From positions 29,946,001 to 30,010,000 of the forward strand of contig NC_043020.1 in NCBI RefSeq assembly GCF_006345805.1: a stretch of DNA of 64,000 nt. The letters are read 5' to 3'. The position numbers were made by a program, and so were the translations under genes. Below are positions 12,998-26,600 of the stretch, piece after piece. The number at the start of each line of letters is the position of its first letter. Position 1 is the stretch's first letter. Source of the stretch: Octopus sinensis. Taxonomy: Eukaryota. The notes beneath the pieces are model-generated. The model made no database searches, had not been told where the DNA came from, and saw nothing but the letters and a program-made list of their open reading frames with translations.

Positions 12998-13829
12998 TCA
13001 TGAGTTCACCTGCGAATTTATCCGAATCATCTCCACGACAACATCATCGATTTTGTGTTCACCAAAGTCAATGTTTGGCACAATTATTTCGATCAATCTC
13101 TTCACATTTTCGCGCAACTCATTCAACCGTTTCTTCACGCAATCCAGGTTCTCCTCTTCCCCGTCTTCGCTCGCAGCAGCCTCGGATGCGAGCCTCGAAG
13201 CAGAAGCAGAGGAGGAAGGTGGGGACGAGGCAGTTGCACTTGCTGCAGATGCAGGAGGCGCCGCAGCAGGGGACGCATTGTTCTGTGGCAGTGCAGCAGA
13301 GACAACAGAATCGGTTGCAGCCGCCTGCGCTGGCAACGAAGCAACAGAATTCACAGAGATTATCTTTATGCCGTCGTCCTCATTCCCTGCCCTGTTGGCC
13401 GATGGCAGCACAGAGACAACCTCGTTGGCACCAACCGAAGACCGATTCCTTGTTACCTCCATTGCTGTTACTTCCATGTCTATTGGTGTTTCGCTGACTT
13501 CAACAGCCACCGACACGTCTGAGGTAGGCATCATATTGCTATTTGATGCTGGCAGAATACCATTGGTACCGTCCATTTTGGGGTCATCTTCGTCTGTCAA
13601 ATCAATCACCCCAACAGGCTCCTGGTTACTCTTCTCTTTCTCTTCTCGCCGACGAGTGGCCAGGTCAGGTACCGGAGCAGTGTCCTCGTTCAACGTCACT
13701 GTCACATAGTTACCATCCTCTGTCTTGATGCGATGGCGCTTCACTAAAGTGACCGTTTCTGGTGCTGCGTCTAAGGAACGTTTACTGGGAGGAGTCACGC
13801 CAGCTGCGGGTATCATGCGGTTCGGTTGG
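12998..13829 (-). CDS. MORC3: MORC3 last coding exon (disordered region with SIM/SUMO motifs, then C-terminal coiled coil)
   Basis: Within ORF 12998..13882; acceptor ctctttcag; ends ...[38 protein letters not shown], resembling the MORC3 C-terminal helix. Confidence 0.9.
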
Positions 13830-15365
13830 CTGAAAGAGAATGAAAACAGACACACGGTTACAAGAATGCTATAAACAGACATTAATACTTTAGCATTTAA
13901 ACTGGCTATATCTGGCCTCTCACACCTATGCTACAATGTCATTCTAAAAATAAACATGTCACATCATTGAAATTTTGAAGCTGAGATAATCCACGATAAT
14001 TCAAAACATGGAAGTGGATAAGTGTTACATCCATATTAAGTACAGCAGAACCTCGCAGTATGAGTGCCCCATTGTACGAGTCTCGGCTCGTACAAATTTT
14101 CGAGTGGAAATCTGCAGTACAAGCAGTTTAATCAAAGAATTGCTGCCTCCTCATCTTTGAAGAATAAACTTGCCACTAAAACTTTTCCTGGGTAGAATCA
14201 TCACAAGTGATGAAAAGTAGATTCTCTATGATCATATTCAACGGAAAAGGCAATGGTTGGCACCGAATGAAAAAGGAGAATCCATCCCCAAACCAGGACT
14301 GCACCTGAAAAAAGCTATGTTCTATGTTTGGTGGGATGTCATGAAGTGTTAAACTAAACCAAAGAAGTTCATGCGGAGAAGTATTGTTGTCAGTTGGAAA
14401 CATTTGCAGAGAAACCATCCGTGACTGGTCAGTCCGTAAGGAGGGGCTGCTCGGACATCACAAAGGGTCCCAGTTACTAAGAAGAAAAAAATTATGATAG
14501 TAAATACAGAAGTTTCCCCTCATTTGCCTTACTCTTCTCATCTTCATCCATCTTTGCAATTATTTTTAAAATAAGAGAACAGTTAATTAATTATGAAGAA
14601 GATAAAAATGATACAAAGGGTTTGGTTCCAGATTCGAAGAATTTTATGCCCAACGGATGGAATTATGTTGAATAATGGAGGGGGAATATTATTTTGGTTA
14701 AATTTATCAATTAAGTCCCAAAGAGGAGGCAGTTATTTGTTTCCCATTTTGAAATAGGAAAAGACTTTTCTTTCCAAAGCTGGAATGGATTTTATATTTA
14801 TATGCTGAGGACGGCCACCAATGCCTGTCTGAACTATTGGTTTGTTTTGGTTATCAGTGCTCTGCCCATGCTGGAACTGTGTACACACCAAACATACAAA
14901 TATAGAGAAGTGATCAAGTAGACAAGGGTTTGATACACTTACCTTGTGGAGCTGACATTTGACCAGTTTGTGTCGAGGTAGTTCTGCAAATGAGATTGGA
15001 CATTTCTTTAGAAGAGATCAGCTTTCAAAGTCAATCAGGGAATTTAACAACTAAAACAGTCAAAGTAATTCTTGGTTATGGAGAAACTACTTGACTTTGA
15101 ATAACAGGAAGAAGAAGAAGATTAATACAAGAAGTCAATGGAGCGGAAACAAAAAATTGTGTTCAGCAACAAAGAACAGCAAAACACAAGAAGAAACAAA
15201 AGCGAAGCTGGGGGAGGCAGAAAATATAAAAATAACTTTAAAAAAAAATGAAACAAAAAAAAAGGGTAAAAGTAGAAAGACTGAGAATTACAGAAAAGGA
15301 CTGTCTTTTTTATGAGTACAACATTAGTGTGTGTATATGCATAAATATAGGCATATGCGTGTGTG

Positions 15366-15406
<41 letters not shown>

Positions 15407-18400
15407 TATATAATGTCTTGTTCATTTTATAGCAGTTTCTTATCCACAATGGCATGGGCTGGTCAGAGTCATACTAAAGTACACTACGGCCAGATACCTT
15501 TTCTGTTGTCAACCCTTACTTGCATTCTCAGGTAAGGGGTTTTCCTTCTACTGATCTTCAAAATGGTAGAGCTACAAGACATTGTCTTCAGGGAGTGTTA
15601 TCATGACATCTTCCCTTTCCTCAGACAGTGTCAATGCAAAAACATGCAACGTAAGGCACTGATATATACACACAACAGGTGTCCATGCAGTTTCCACGCC
15701 CAAGGTTTTGGTAGGATTGAACCGAAAACCATTTAGTTAAAGAAGCTAACTTCTTAACTGCACAGCCATGTCTGTAGACAATCTCCAAGAATCCCTCAAA
15801 CAACACACATTGCTGCAAGAACTCCTCTTTAAAGACGAGAGAGAAAAGAAAAGACGAAGATGCTCACATCGTTACGTCGTTGCACCATGTGAAGAACTTC
15901 AGCTGCTTTCAAGATCTCAACTTGCTTCGTTTTGATGTGGTCCTTTTGTGACTTTAGTTTTTGGATTATCTTTGCTTGGGTTTTTTGTTTTTGGATTAAG
16001 GATTCTAAAGCCTTTTGAGCCTGTGTCAATTCTGTTGTGCTGGGTTTCTTCTCTGTTGAACTGGTTACCTAGAAAGAGAGAGAGAAATAAGAATGAACAT
16101 CTACCGTAATAACCATTGCTTAATCTCCACTTTTCCATGCTGGCATGGGTTGGATGCTTCAAGAGGAAGCAATGAACCAAAGGGCTGCCCCAGGTTCCAT
16201 GTCTGTTTTTGGCAGGGTTTCTGCAGCTGGATGCCCTTCTCAATGCCAACCACTCTACAGAGTGTATTGGGTGCTTTTTTCATGGGACCAGCATTACTGA
16301 GGTCAGCAAGTGTTTGCAAGACAAGAGAGACCCCTTAACTGAGTTGGGTGTGGTACTGAAGGAAGGATGCCAGAGAGAGGAGTGTTGCCGGAATAAAGAA
16401 CAGCTTTGCCACAAGTCTGTTCTGTCTCTTTTCATCTGGAGCTAAACAACAACAACAACAGCATCAATAATAAAAATTGCTGAATCGTTTTCTTACCTCC
16501 ACAATGCCTTGCCTCATGTCTCGGTCTCGCCTTTCCAATTCCTTTTTCATGGCCACCAACTGGGAATCTTTTTCTTGCTGTTTCTGGAACTGAAAACAAA
16601 AACAAAGACATTTTGAAATTTTTACCATTTTACAACCATATTTCCACACTGGCATGGAAGTATTGGAGGTGGGGGGGGGGGGGGCAGGAGAGCTGTCATT
16701 TATATATATACATATATATATACAGGGTGGCCCAAAAGTAGGTTTACAGTTATCACGTAGGCACTTTAAATTTCTTTTAAAACATTTCATTATGCACAAA
16801 CATTTGATCACTATAAACAAATCATGTGTGGTTGTTCGGTAAGAAATTGCCGAACCCTCATACGTCGTCTAACAACGGGAGAGTCCATTATATATATATA
16901 TCATCATCATCATCATCATCATCATTTAATGCCTGCTGTCCATGCTGCTGGCACAGGTCGGAAGGTTTGACCAGGGCTGGTAAGCTGGAAGGCTGCACCA
17001 GACTCCAGCCTGATTTGGCATAGTTTTCTATGGCTGTGCAGGTGCCTCTTAAAAAGTATTCAGTCCATATTGTAAATAAAGTGGTTAGAATTTGGGAGGG
17101 CATCCAGCTGTAACAACTGTGCCAAAACTGACCTCACCTGTGCGAGTGCCACGTAAAAAGCACCAAGTCCACTCTGCTGAGTGATTGGTGTTAGGAAGGG
17201 CATCCAACTGTAAAAGCTGTGCCAAAACACTAACCCATGCCAGCATGGAAAATGGACGTTAAATGATGATGATTTTATATATGTGTATATAAATATATAT
17301 ATATACATACACACACACACAAAAACACACATAGGTATGTACATATAAACACATTCATACACATGCAATATGCACATATACATGTGTATATATATACACA
17401 CACGCATTGTTAACATTCCATACTCCTTCACATTGTTTCACACCCACCCACCCACACGCATCATTTCAGAAATAAACAATGCAACACTTACTTCTTCAAT
17501 TTGTTTTCGTTTTCTTTGGATTTCTCTGAAAAACACAAAATCGACAATTAAGCATCAATATTTCTTCTTGAATGGTTGTGTGGTTGTTTCCAGTTCAATC
17601 CCACTGCGTGGCACCTTTGGCAAGTGTCTTCCCCTACAGCCCTGTGCCAGTCAATATCTCGTAGGCAGAGACTGTGCAGAAGCCCATCATATAGTCAACA
17701 CCCCGCTTGGCAGCCGATGTTGGTTTGTTTACATCCTTGTAACCGAGCAGAAAAGGCTGATAGAATAAAAACCAAACTTTAAAAAGAGAATATTTCCTCA
17801 TTATTAAACAAGCCTTGGAAAACTGAAAAAGATGGACAGTGATGTCCACAGCTGCCACACACAACAGGCTTCTTTCAGTTTCCATCTCGGAAATCCACTC
17901 ACAGGGCTTTGGTTGGTCTGGGGCCATAGAAGAAGATACTTGCCTAAGGTGTCATGCAGTGGAATCGAACTTGAAGCCATGTGGTTGGAAAACAAACTTA
18001 ATTACATCAATGTGCTGCACACAATAACAAATATTGTTAATATATTTACTGCAGCAACTATTATAATGGTGATGGCATGGGAGGAGAGTCTGAAATGAAA
18101 TGTATTGAGGAGGAGATTGAACCTTACGTAGATGATACTTACTGAGCTTTTTTGAATGTTTTTTCGTAGGAGGGTCGACGGAGGGCTTCATCTTCATCTT
18201 CTGGTTCCTCTTCAACATCACATCGACTGAAAATACAAAGTGTAAGAGTTACACCAACACTAGACACACAACTACATATACACACTCTACACTAATATTA
18301 CACACTCACACACCAATATTAGACACAAGACTACACACACACACACACATCAAAACAATGAGGCACCGATACTACACACAGACCAACATACACGTCACAA

Positions 18401-21323
18401 TGATTGGTAACAGGAAGAGTAAAGTTACAAACACACCAACACCAACTGATTTATATGGAGGACACACACGAAGTACCAGCCTAATGTATTTGATGGCATA
18501 TAAGTCACAATTTCTTCCCCAAAACAACCTTAACAAGACAAAAAAAAAACCCCACCTGGATCTTGTATGTGAAGTTTCGACCTATATTATTACATGCTTG
18601 AGTGCACTAAAAAATTTTCCTCTGAATATCTGTTGTTGAAATTGGGGTGTGCCTGAGATACCCAGGGGTATTTTTTGTCTTCAGGTACAGTAATTAGTAC
18701 ACACACACACATACAACAATAACAGTTCTCACACACATCCATGACTGATGAAGATGCTGACCAATTTAAAGAGTTGGAAGGAAAAATTCTTACTTATGAG
18801 AGGCATCAGGGTTCATGTGACAATACCATTTCTCTGGTAAGTCTCGGAACCCAATCCCAGTTGGCAGACGGCGCCATTTCAAGCAGTTATCACACTGCAC
18901 CCATAACCAGTCAGGTTCTGGAGCAACTCTGTAAAAATAAATCAAAGAATTTTGGTGAACAGGCAGCAAATTACAACCACTCTTAGGCAAATATTTGTAT
19001 TCACTCTGCTAAAAATAGCAGCCAAATCTCACTTGTCTTCAAAGGTGAAGGACACATTGGATAATGTGGTCCTCAGGGTCCTATATCTGAATAAAAAATG
19101 GGATAGTCATGGATGGAACCCTCTGGAACTCTATGCTCATAGGCCTGCTTCATCAGGGCTAATTAAACAACAACATTAATAACTGCTGTTAAGATTGTAA
19201 TTAATCTCGTCTTATTCCTGGATAAGTACATCCTTTAATCCGATGTAGCATTTACCATTTGTTTAGACATAAAAAGTTCCAGGTTCAAATCCAATCTGCT
19301 ATTATGTACACATCCATGAATAAAACATCCTGATGACGATTAAAGAATTCATTAATCAACCCTTTTGGTACCAAATTGCTGCTTAAGAACATTGCTTTTG
19401 TCTGTAAATAATTCTGAAAAACCATCTGTTCGTGGCCGTTGCCAGCCTCGCCTGGTCCCCGTGCCGGTGGCACGTAAAAAGCACCCACTACACTCACGGA
19501 GTGGTTGGTGTTAGGAAGGGCATCCAGCTGTAGAAACACTGCCAAATCTGACTGGGCCTGATGCAGCCTTCTGGCTTCACAGATCCCAGTTGAACCGTCC
19601 AACCCATGCTAGCATGGAAAGCGGACGCTAAATGATGATGATGAAGAATTTTGTTGTTATTAAGCTGACATTTGAAACAGATTCACATGGAATTTTTATG
19701 GAAGTTTTAACCCTTTCATATTTAAATGGCCACATAAATAGTCTAAATAGTCTCCTTGTTTTATGTTCAAATCAGCCACATCTGGCCTCTCACACCTGCC
19801 CTACAATGTCATTATCTCAATGCTTTGAGATAATCCATGATTAATTTAAAACAAGGTCAATAAATAAGCATTAAATTTGAGACAGGATAATCTGAATGCC
19901 AAAGGGTTGATCAAGATTACTTTAAAACCAGTTTGTACCAGATAATCAGGGATAATCTCAAGCAGGATGGTACCAAAATGGTTGCAACATAGAATAAATA
20001 TGAAAGTTTTGAATTTACACTCTGAAGATGTAGTTAAGAAGCTGGGAAATGACAATGTCCAGGTTCAAATCCTTGTGAATCCCCAGGAAGAGGACACCTG
20101 ATTAGGAGCAGAGATTAACCCGATTAAAATGTAATGAGGATAATTATAATTTTAAGTAATGATGACTCATCTCAGAGATTTAGATCATTAACCATGCCTG
20201 GCCCAAATGATCAAACCAGCCAGATTTGGCCTTTCACACCTACCCTACAATGCCATTCTAAAAATAAACAATCACATCATTGAAATCTCATGATATGAGA
20301 TAATAATGCAAGATTAATTCACAACAATATGAATAAATAAGTATTACATTTGAGACAGAGTGATCTGAATGCTAAAGCGATAATTAATTACAATCTTAAT
20401 TAACAACAAGTAAAATTCAGAAATTTAGACATTTAATCCAATAACAGTATTTGACTGGCAACATTCGTGCTGCCACCTGGAATCAGATGGAGTGACTCTC
20501 ATCTCCATCATAATAACAAATATTAGAATAAGGAATAAGCTTTGAGGCAGAAAACAAGAACAAACACAATACTAACTAACCCCCCCCCCTCTCTGACCAT
20601 TCAAGAAGACCCTCAGTATGGTGACTTGACTTACTAAAAAGAACAACAAAATCTCCCTCAAATCACAGCATATAGTCATTAAAAAAGAAGGGTCACATTG
20701 GATAATGTAGTCCTTGATACACTACATCTCAATAAAATTCAGGGTGGTCATGGCAAGATTGACTTTGGCCCTGTTCAGTCAGGGATGATGCAAGGTTCCA
20801 CAGTAATAAACCAGTGTACACCTCCATACCAAACTTGTAAAACTGTCGGGTGTATCTGTGTGCTGTGAAGAAGTAGGGCCCTTCCTAACACCAACCACTC
20901 CAAGAGTGTGTAATGGGTCCCTTTCACGTGCCAAATTGCGTGGCACCAGTACCTTGCATGACTGCAATTTTGCTTGGCCTGATGGATCTTCAGCTCAAGC
21001 ACAACACAATGCTAAAGGCCCCAATCATTGCCTCCATGGGGCCCAATACTTGAAAGGAATATTAATAATAATAATAATAATAATAACAATGGTTTCAAAT
21101 TTTGGCATAAGGCCAGGAATTTTGAGGGTGGGGGTTAAGTGGATTATACTGACCCCAATGCTCCACTGCCACCAATTGTAATGACCCTGAAAGGAAGAAA
21201 GGCAAAGTCAACCTCAGCGGGATTTGAACTCAGAATGTGAAGATGGATGGCATGCTGTTAAACATTTTGCCCAGCATGCTAAAGATTCTACCAACTCTCC
21301 AAACCATGGAAACCAAATGCTAA

Positions 21324-21359
<36 letters not shown>

Positions 21360-21992
21360 TATTTGCAATGGATGTGGTGGAATAAAATGTTTAGGAGTCA
21401 CTGGTTAATTCTTCTAACTTTAAGAAATATCATCAAAAACACAAGACAATAATATTGCAAGTCCTCTACAATTCTCAAAGAATGGATGCAAAGAACCAGT
21501 TGAGTTCTGAGATACTCGGAGTAACAACAGAAGCTGCTACGATCTACTGTTAATGCAGATTTCATGGCAAAATGAAGACTTGAGAGAAAAACGGACAACA
21601 ACTAACTACGGTTGGAAGAACTCTGCTGCGAACAAGCGGAACGAAACGATTGAGGTGTGGCTGTTAGGATGCTGATCAGTTGGCATGGCTGAGGGGAGAG
21701 TGAACCTGTTTTGGCAATTGTACTTTTGGATGCTGAAGCAAACACACACACACACACACACACATACTTACACACATCTGTGTGTGCATGGAAATACTGT
21801 GTTTTCTGGCATCAAAGTCGAGATTTTCAGACCAAAATCTACAGCCAAAACAAGCAGACAGACTTGACAACACCAAAACGAGTTTGGAGGACCAAAGATT
21901 CCATGAGAAATGCAGCAAGAATTGGGAAGATAGTGAAAAATGGTTGAAGGTTTATACTATACACTACATAAACTTATTTGTTGGAAAATATG

Positions 21993-22059
<67 letters not shown>

Positions 22060-23597
22060 CATACACACACACACACGCATGAAACTGTCTGGTGTTAGAA
22101 AAGTCAGCAGGGAATCAGCAATGCCAAATGGGGCAGCATCAAAATGGCCAAATGCCAAAACGTCTCTTACTCTGTTGCGCTACAGAGGTGGAAAGTGGAA
22201 GGTTTAGGATTTAGTGAACGACAGAATGATACAGCTAAAAGCATGGACTACGGTGGCTGGCAGGATTGGGTTGGAATTATTGCAGTGGTGACTGATTATG
22301 TTAAGACAGAATTAGTAGACATTCATGTTAGTAAAATTGTATGGAACAAGAAAAACAAAAACAACAAAATCATGATACAGTATGTAAAAAAACAAAAAAA
22401 AACCCAAAAAACTTTTCATGAAACACAGTCTGAAATCCTACATGCATGTGTTAAGTGAATGACCAATGGCTGACTGCCACATGTTTCACAGTAATTGGAT
22501 AAGAAACAGAACAGCAGCTGGATTTACATCAGACCAAACTAATCCATCAGATGACATGACAAATCAATAGTTTTCTAGAAGACCTCTGTGTGTGTGTGTG
22601 TGTATAAACCCTTGCCATCATCTGCCAATTGTAAATGCTCATCACCATTAAACAATGTTGCTTGTTTCCTGTTTGTAATGGTGAAATGTTTATGTTGTTG
22701 AAAGCTGGTAAGGGTTGGTCACAGTAAGGGCATCGGGCCACAGAAAATCTGCCTTGACAAAACCCCTCTCACGCATGTGAGCCTGGAAAAGTGGACGTTA
22801 AATGATGAGGTGAAAACACTTGGACACTGAATTAATTTGGTCAGCATGTCTTTCCAAATTTCTGGCTGAGTGAATTGCATCATGGTGCTGTTTTTCTCAC
22901 AGACGGTGCCCAACTGACCCTACTATACTGTGTAGTCGACGAAATCAAAGACAATGTGCATATGCGAAATTAAGAATATAAAATGGCGACAATTTATCCA
23001 TTGCACCATGTATATGTGTAACAAAATATATACATATATACCAGGTATGTTGATGCAAACAGGAAAAATAGAGCTCAAAACATGAGTTATGTATATTTTT
23101 ATTAATATTTAACAAACTGACTCAAGGTCTGAGAGTTCTGGGAGTTGGCACTCATCAAGCTTATCGATAGGTGCCACTGCATGACATTCCAAGGCCTTGC
23201 ATCACTCTTTTACTTCTGCTAAATATCAACACACAGAGATAACAACACTCACCACCATTATCTAAAACTGATGTAAAAACAGCTGCTGACATAAACAAAC
23301 CAAACAACGAAACATATGTAACATGGATGTGAGAATCAGTGTAGAGTGGTATGCTGGTGGTTGGGAACACAAACGGACTACAATCTAAGGAGCAAATATC
23401 CAGTGATGACAAGAGAAACAAAAGGGAGAAAGCATTCAGCTACAAACTAGTGTAAGAATGAGGCAAGGTGAAAAGTAGCAGGCAAAAAGCAGGAGGAGTA
23501 GGAGAAGTAGTAGTAGTAGAAGTAATATGAGGTAATACATACGAAGGAAACAGCGTTCTAGAAGTCAGGAGGGAAAAAGATTAGTAAAGCAAGTGAA

Positions 23598-23628
<31 letters not shown>

Positions 23629-26600
23629 GTTTCAAATTTTTCCACAAGGGCACCAATTTGGGGGGAGGGGATGAGTCGATTACATTGCCCCCCTCCCAGT
23701 GTTCACCTGGTACTATTTTTATTTACCCCCCCCCCCCAAAAAAAAGGATGAAAGGCAAAGTTGACCCTGGCAGAATTTGAACCTGCAACGTAGAGTTGGA
23801 TGAAATGGTTCTGAGCATTTTGCTTGCCTCAGCAACAATTCTATCAGCTCACAGTCTTAATAATCCTTTCTGCTATAGAGAGGAGGGGGTAAGTCGATTA
23901 CACTGACCCCCCCAGTGCTCAAATGGTAACTTATTTTATCAACCCCTAAAGGTTGAAAGGCAAACATCGACCTTGGCGGAATTTGAACTCAGAATGCAAA
24001 GACGGACAAAATGCTGCTAAGCATTTCATCCAGCATGCTGACCACTCTGCCAACTTGCCACCTTAATAATAATAACAATAATCCTTCCTACTAAAGGCAC
24101 AAGGCCTTGAAATGGGAGGTGGGGATTCGATTTTATTGACCCTCCCCCCCCCGTGTTTCACTGGTACTTAATTTATTGACCCCCAGTGCATAACTGGTAC
24201 TGAATTTATCGACCCTCAAAAGGATGAAAGGCAAAGTTGACCTTGGCAGAATTTGAACTCAGAACATAGTGGCAGACAAAATACCGCTAAGCATTTCGCC
24301 CGGTATGCTAACGATTCTGCCAGCTTGCTGTCTTAATTATAGTAGTAATAATATAACAACAATTGTTTCCAATTTAGGCAAAAAGCTAGCCATTTTCAGG
24401 GGAGTATATTTCATGGACCTCAGTAAGTGACTGAGGGATTTGAACTCCTTCGAGGGATTTGAATTCAGAACATGGAGAGCTAGAACAAATACCACAAGGC
24501 ATTGTTCCAACATTAACAATTCTGCCAAATACTGGTTTTTATTAATTCAAGCACAAGGTCAGTGATTTAGAGCCGGATGAGGGCAGCAGTAGGCACCAAC
24601 GATCCCCAACCGCTTGACCGAGATTTTATTTTATCAACCCTGGCGGGATTTTAACTTGGAAAAGTTAAACAATAAACACCACAAGGCATTTTTTCTGACA
24701 CTAACAATTAATAATGATGATGATGATGATGATTGTTTTTACTTGCTACCAGGGTGACAGATGCAGGGACCAATCTCAAAGATATACATAATGGGGGTAT
24801 TTACATGGAAAAAAATCAAATAAAGAAAAAAAGGAAAAAAGGAAAAAGAAAACATGAAATACAAATATACATGGCACACAAATAATGGTTTCATATTTTG
24901 GCAGAGGGCAAAGAAGTTTTTGAGGGGAGGGGCAAATCAATTACATCACTCCCCCCCCCCCACTACTTGAGTGGCACTTATTTTAACAGCCCTAAAATGG
25001 ATGAAGGGTACAGATGACCTCGACAGAGATTGAACTCAGAAAGTAAGGATGGACGAAACTCCGCTGCTGTTAAGCATTTCGTCCCCTGTGTTGCCAGCTC
25101 TGCCCATTCCCTGCCTTTAAAGAATGAGTCTAGAGGTCAGGGGTCATGCAATTGGGGGCCTTTCGCTTGCAAAGCAATACAGGGCACACAAATAATAACG
25201 AAAGAAGATAATGATGTACTTTATGCCTCCTGGTACAGGAAGACCTTCCTCTAGAAACCCCACAGATCCAGGATCACTCTGAACACTAAGGGCAAGTCAA
25301 CCCCATGACTGCTGTGGACTGCATCCAATCTGGCCATTTTCACCACCCTCATCCATTCTTCATTAACCCTTTAGCATTTAAACTGACCGCATCAGACCCA
25401 AATATTCTACATGGTTTACATCCATGCAAACATGGGAAAGGGGATGTTAAATGATGCTGATGATGATGGTAATGATGATATCCCTCATGCGACTTTCTAA
25501 ATAGAATATCAAACTTATTGTGCTACATATGATTGTGTAAGGCCCTGAATGTATTTGATAGCAGGCATCAAGTAGGGAGTAAACAAATTTGGGAAACACA
25601 AGGGCAACATGAACCAAATTTTTTCAAAACAACCTCTAAAAGAAAACCAACAGAATTTTAGATGTAGCTAATCCCTCAAGCAAAATGAGGATTTTGTTTT
25701 AGTTCCCCGAAAGAACTGAAGGATTCCTTGTAACAATCTGTTAAACCAGGAGAAAGTGGTGGATGTTCATAGCTGCACCTTTTCTCTCGCTCTGGTTTCT
25801 AGTTGCATCTGAGATGAATTGTCTTCAGTGAGTGTCCCAAACATCCATCAGACAGCAGAGCAACAAACAGGAGATGAAAATATTTAATAGAAGACATTGA
25901 ACAGGGGGTGAATGTATCTAAAAGAGGTGTCAGCTAGAAGGGGAGGCACATAGCTTAGTGGTTAGAGTGTTGGACTCATGATCATAAGATTGTGGTTTCG
26001 ATTCCTGAACCAGGCAATGTATTGTGTTTTTGAGCAAAACACTTCATTTCATGTTGCTCCAGTCCACTCAGCTGGCAAAAATGGGTCAGTCTGCGATGGA
26101 CCGAAGTCCCATCTAAGGAGGAATTTATACACCAGAGGAAATGGGAAATCGGGCCTCGGCTCCTTATGGAGTTATGCAGACAAACCAAGAACAAGAAGGT
26201 AAAATATATTTAACAGAGAGCATCAAGTTGGGGATCCACCATCAGATCCAATCCTTGTTGCAGTGAAATGATTTTGTGTGCTTCCGTGATCCTGAGAGCT
26301 GTGCCAGTGGAGCATAAGCTCCTGGTAGAGTTATCCTATGCTGTACAAGTAGAAGGACAGAGGCCAGGCTAACAGGGACCACCTCTTCCTAGACTTAGAA
26401 ATGGGGTCGCATAGGACCAAAACATCTTAGAAAACAGTAAATTTACAGAAGCATCAATGAAAATTTCAAACCAAGAAGACCTGGGCAGAGGTAGGGCTTC
26501 CCTTAGGGAGAGCATGATGGAGGCAGAAGAGAGGATGAAGACAGGATGTGACTGGAGAGAAGCAGAAAAGACAGCCCAGAGTTGAGAAGAGTTGTTGAAG

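Noticed and set aside
12663-13709. 348-aa plus-strand ORF
   Set aside because: Antisense shadow of the MORC3 last exon plus a (CT)n tract; no domain-like content
25779-25808. 30-nt AG..GT unit in the long MORC3 intron
   Set aside because: Weak donor (gtgcag), poor pyrimidine tract and an in-frame stop; indistinguishable from background
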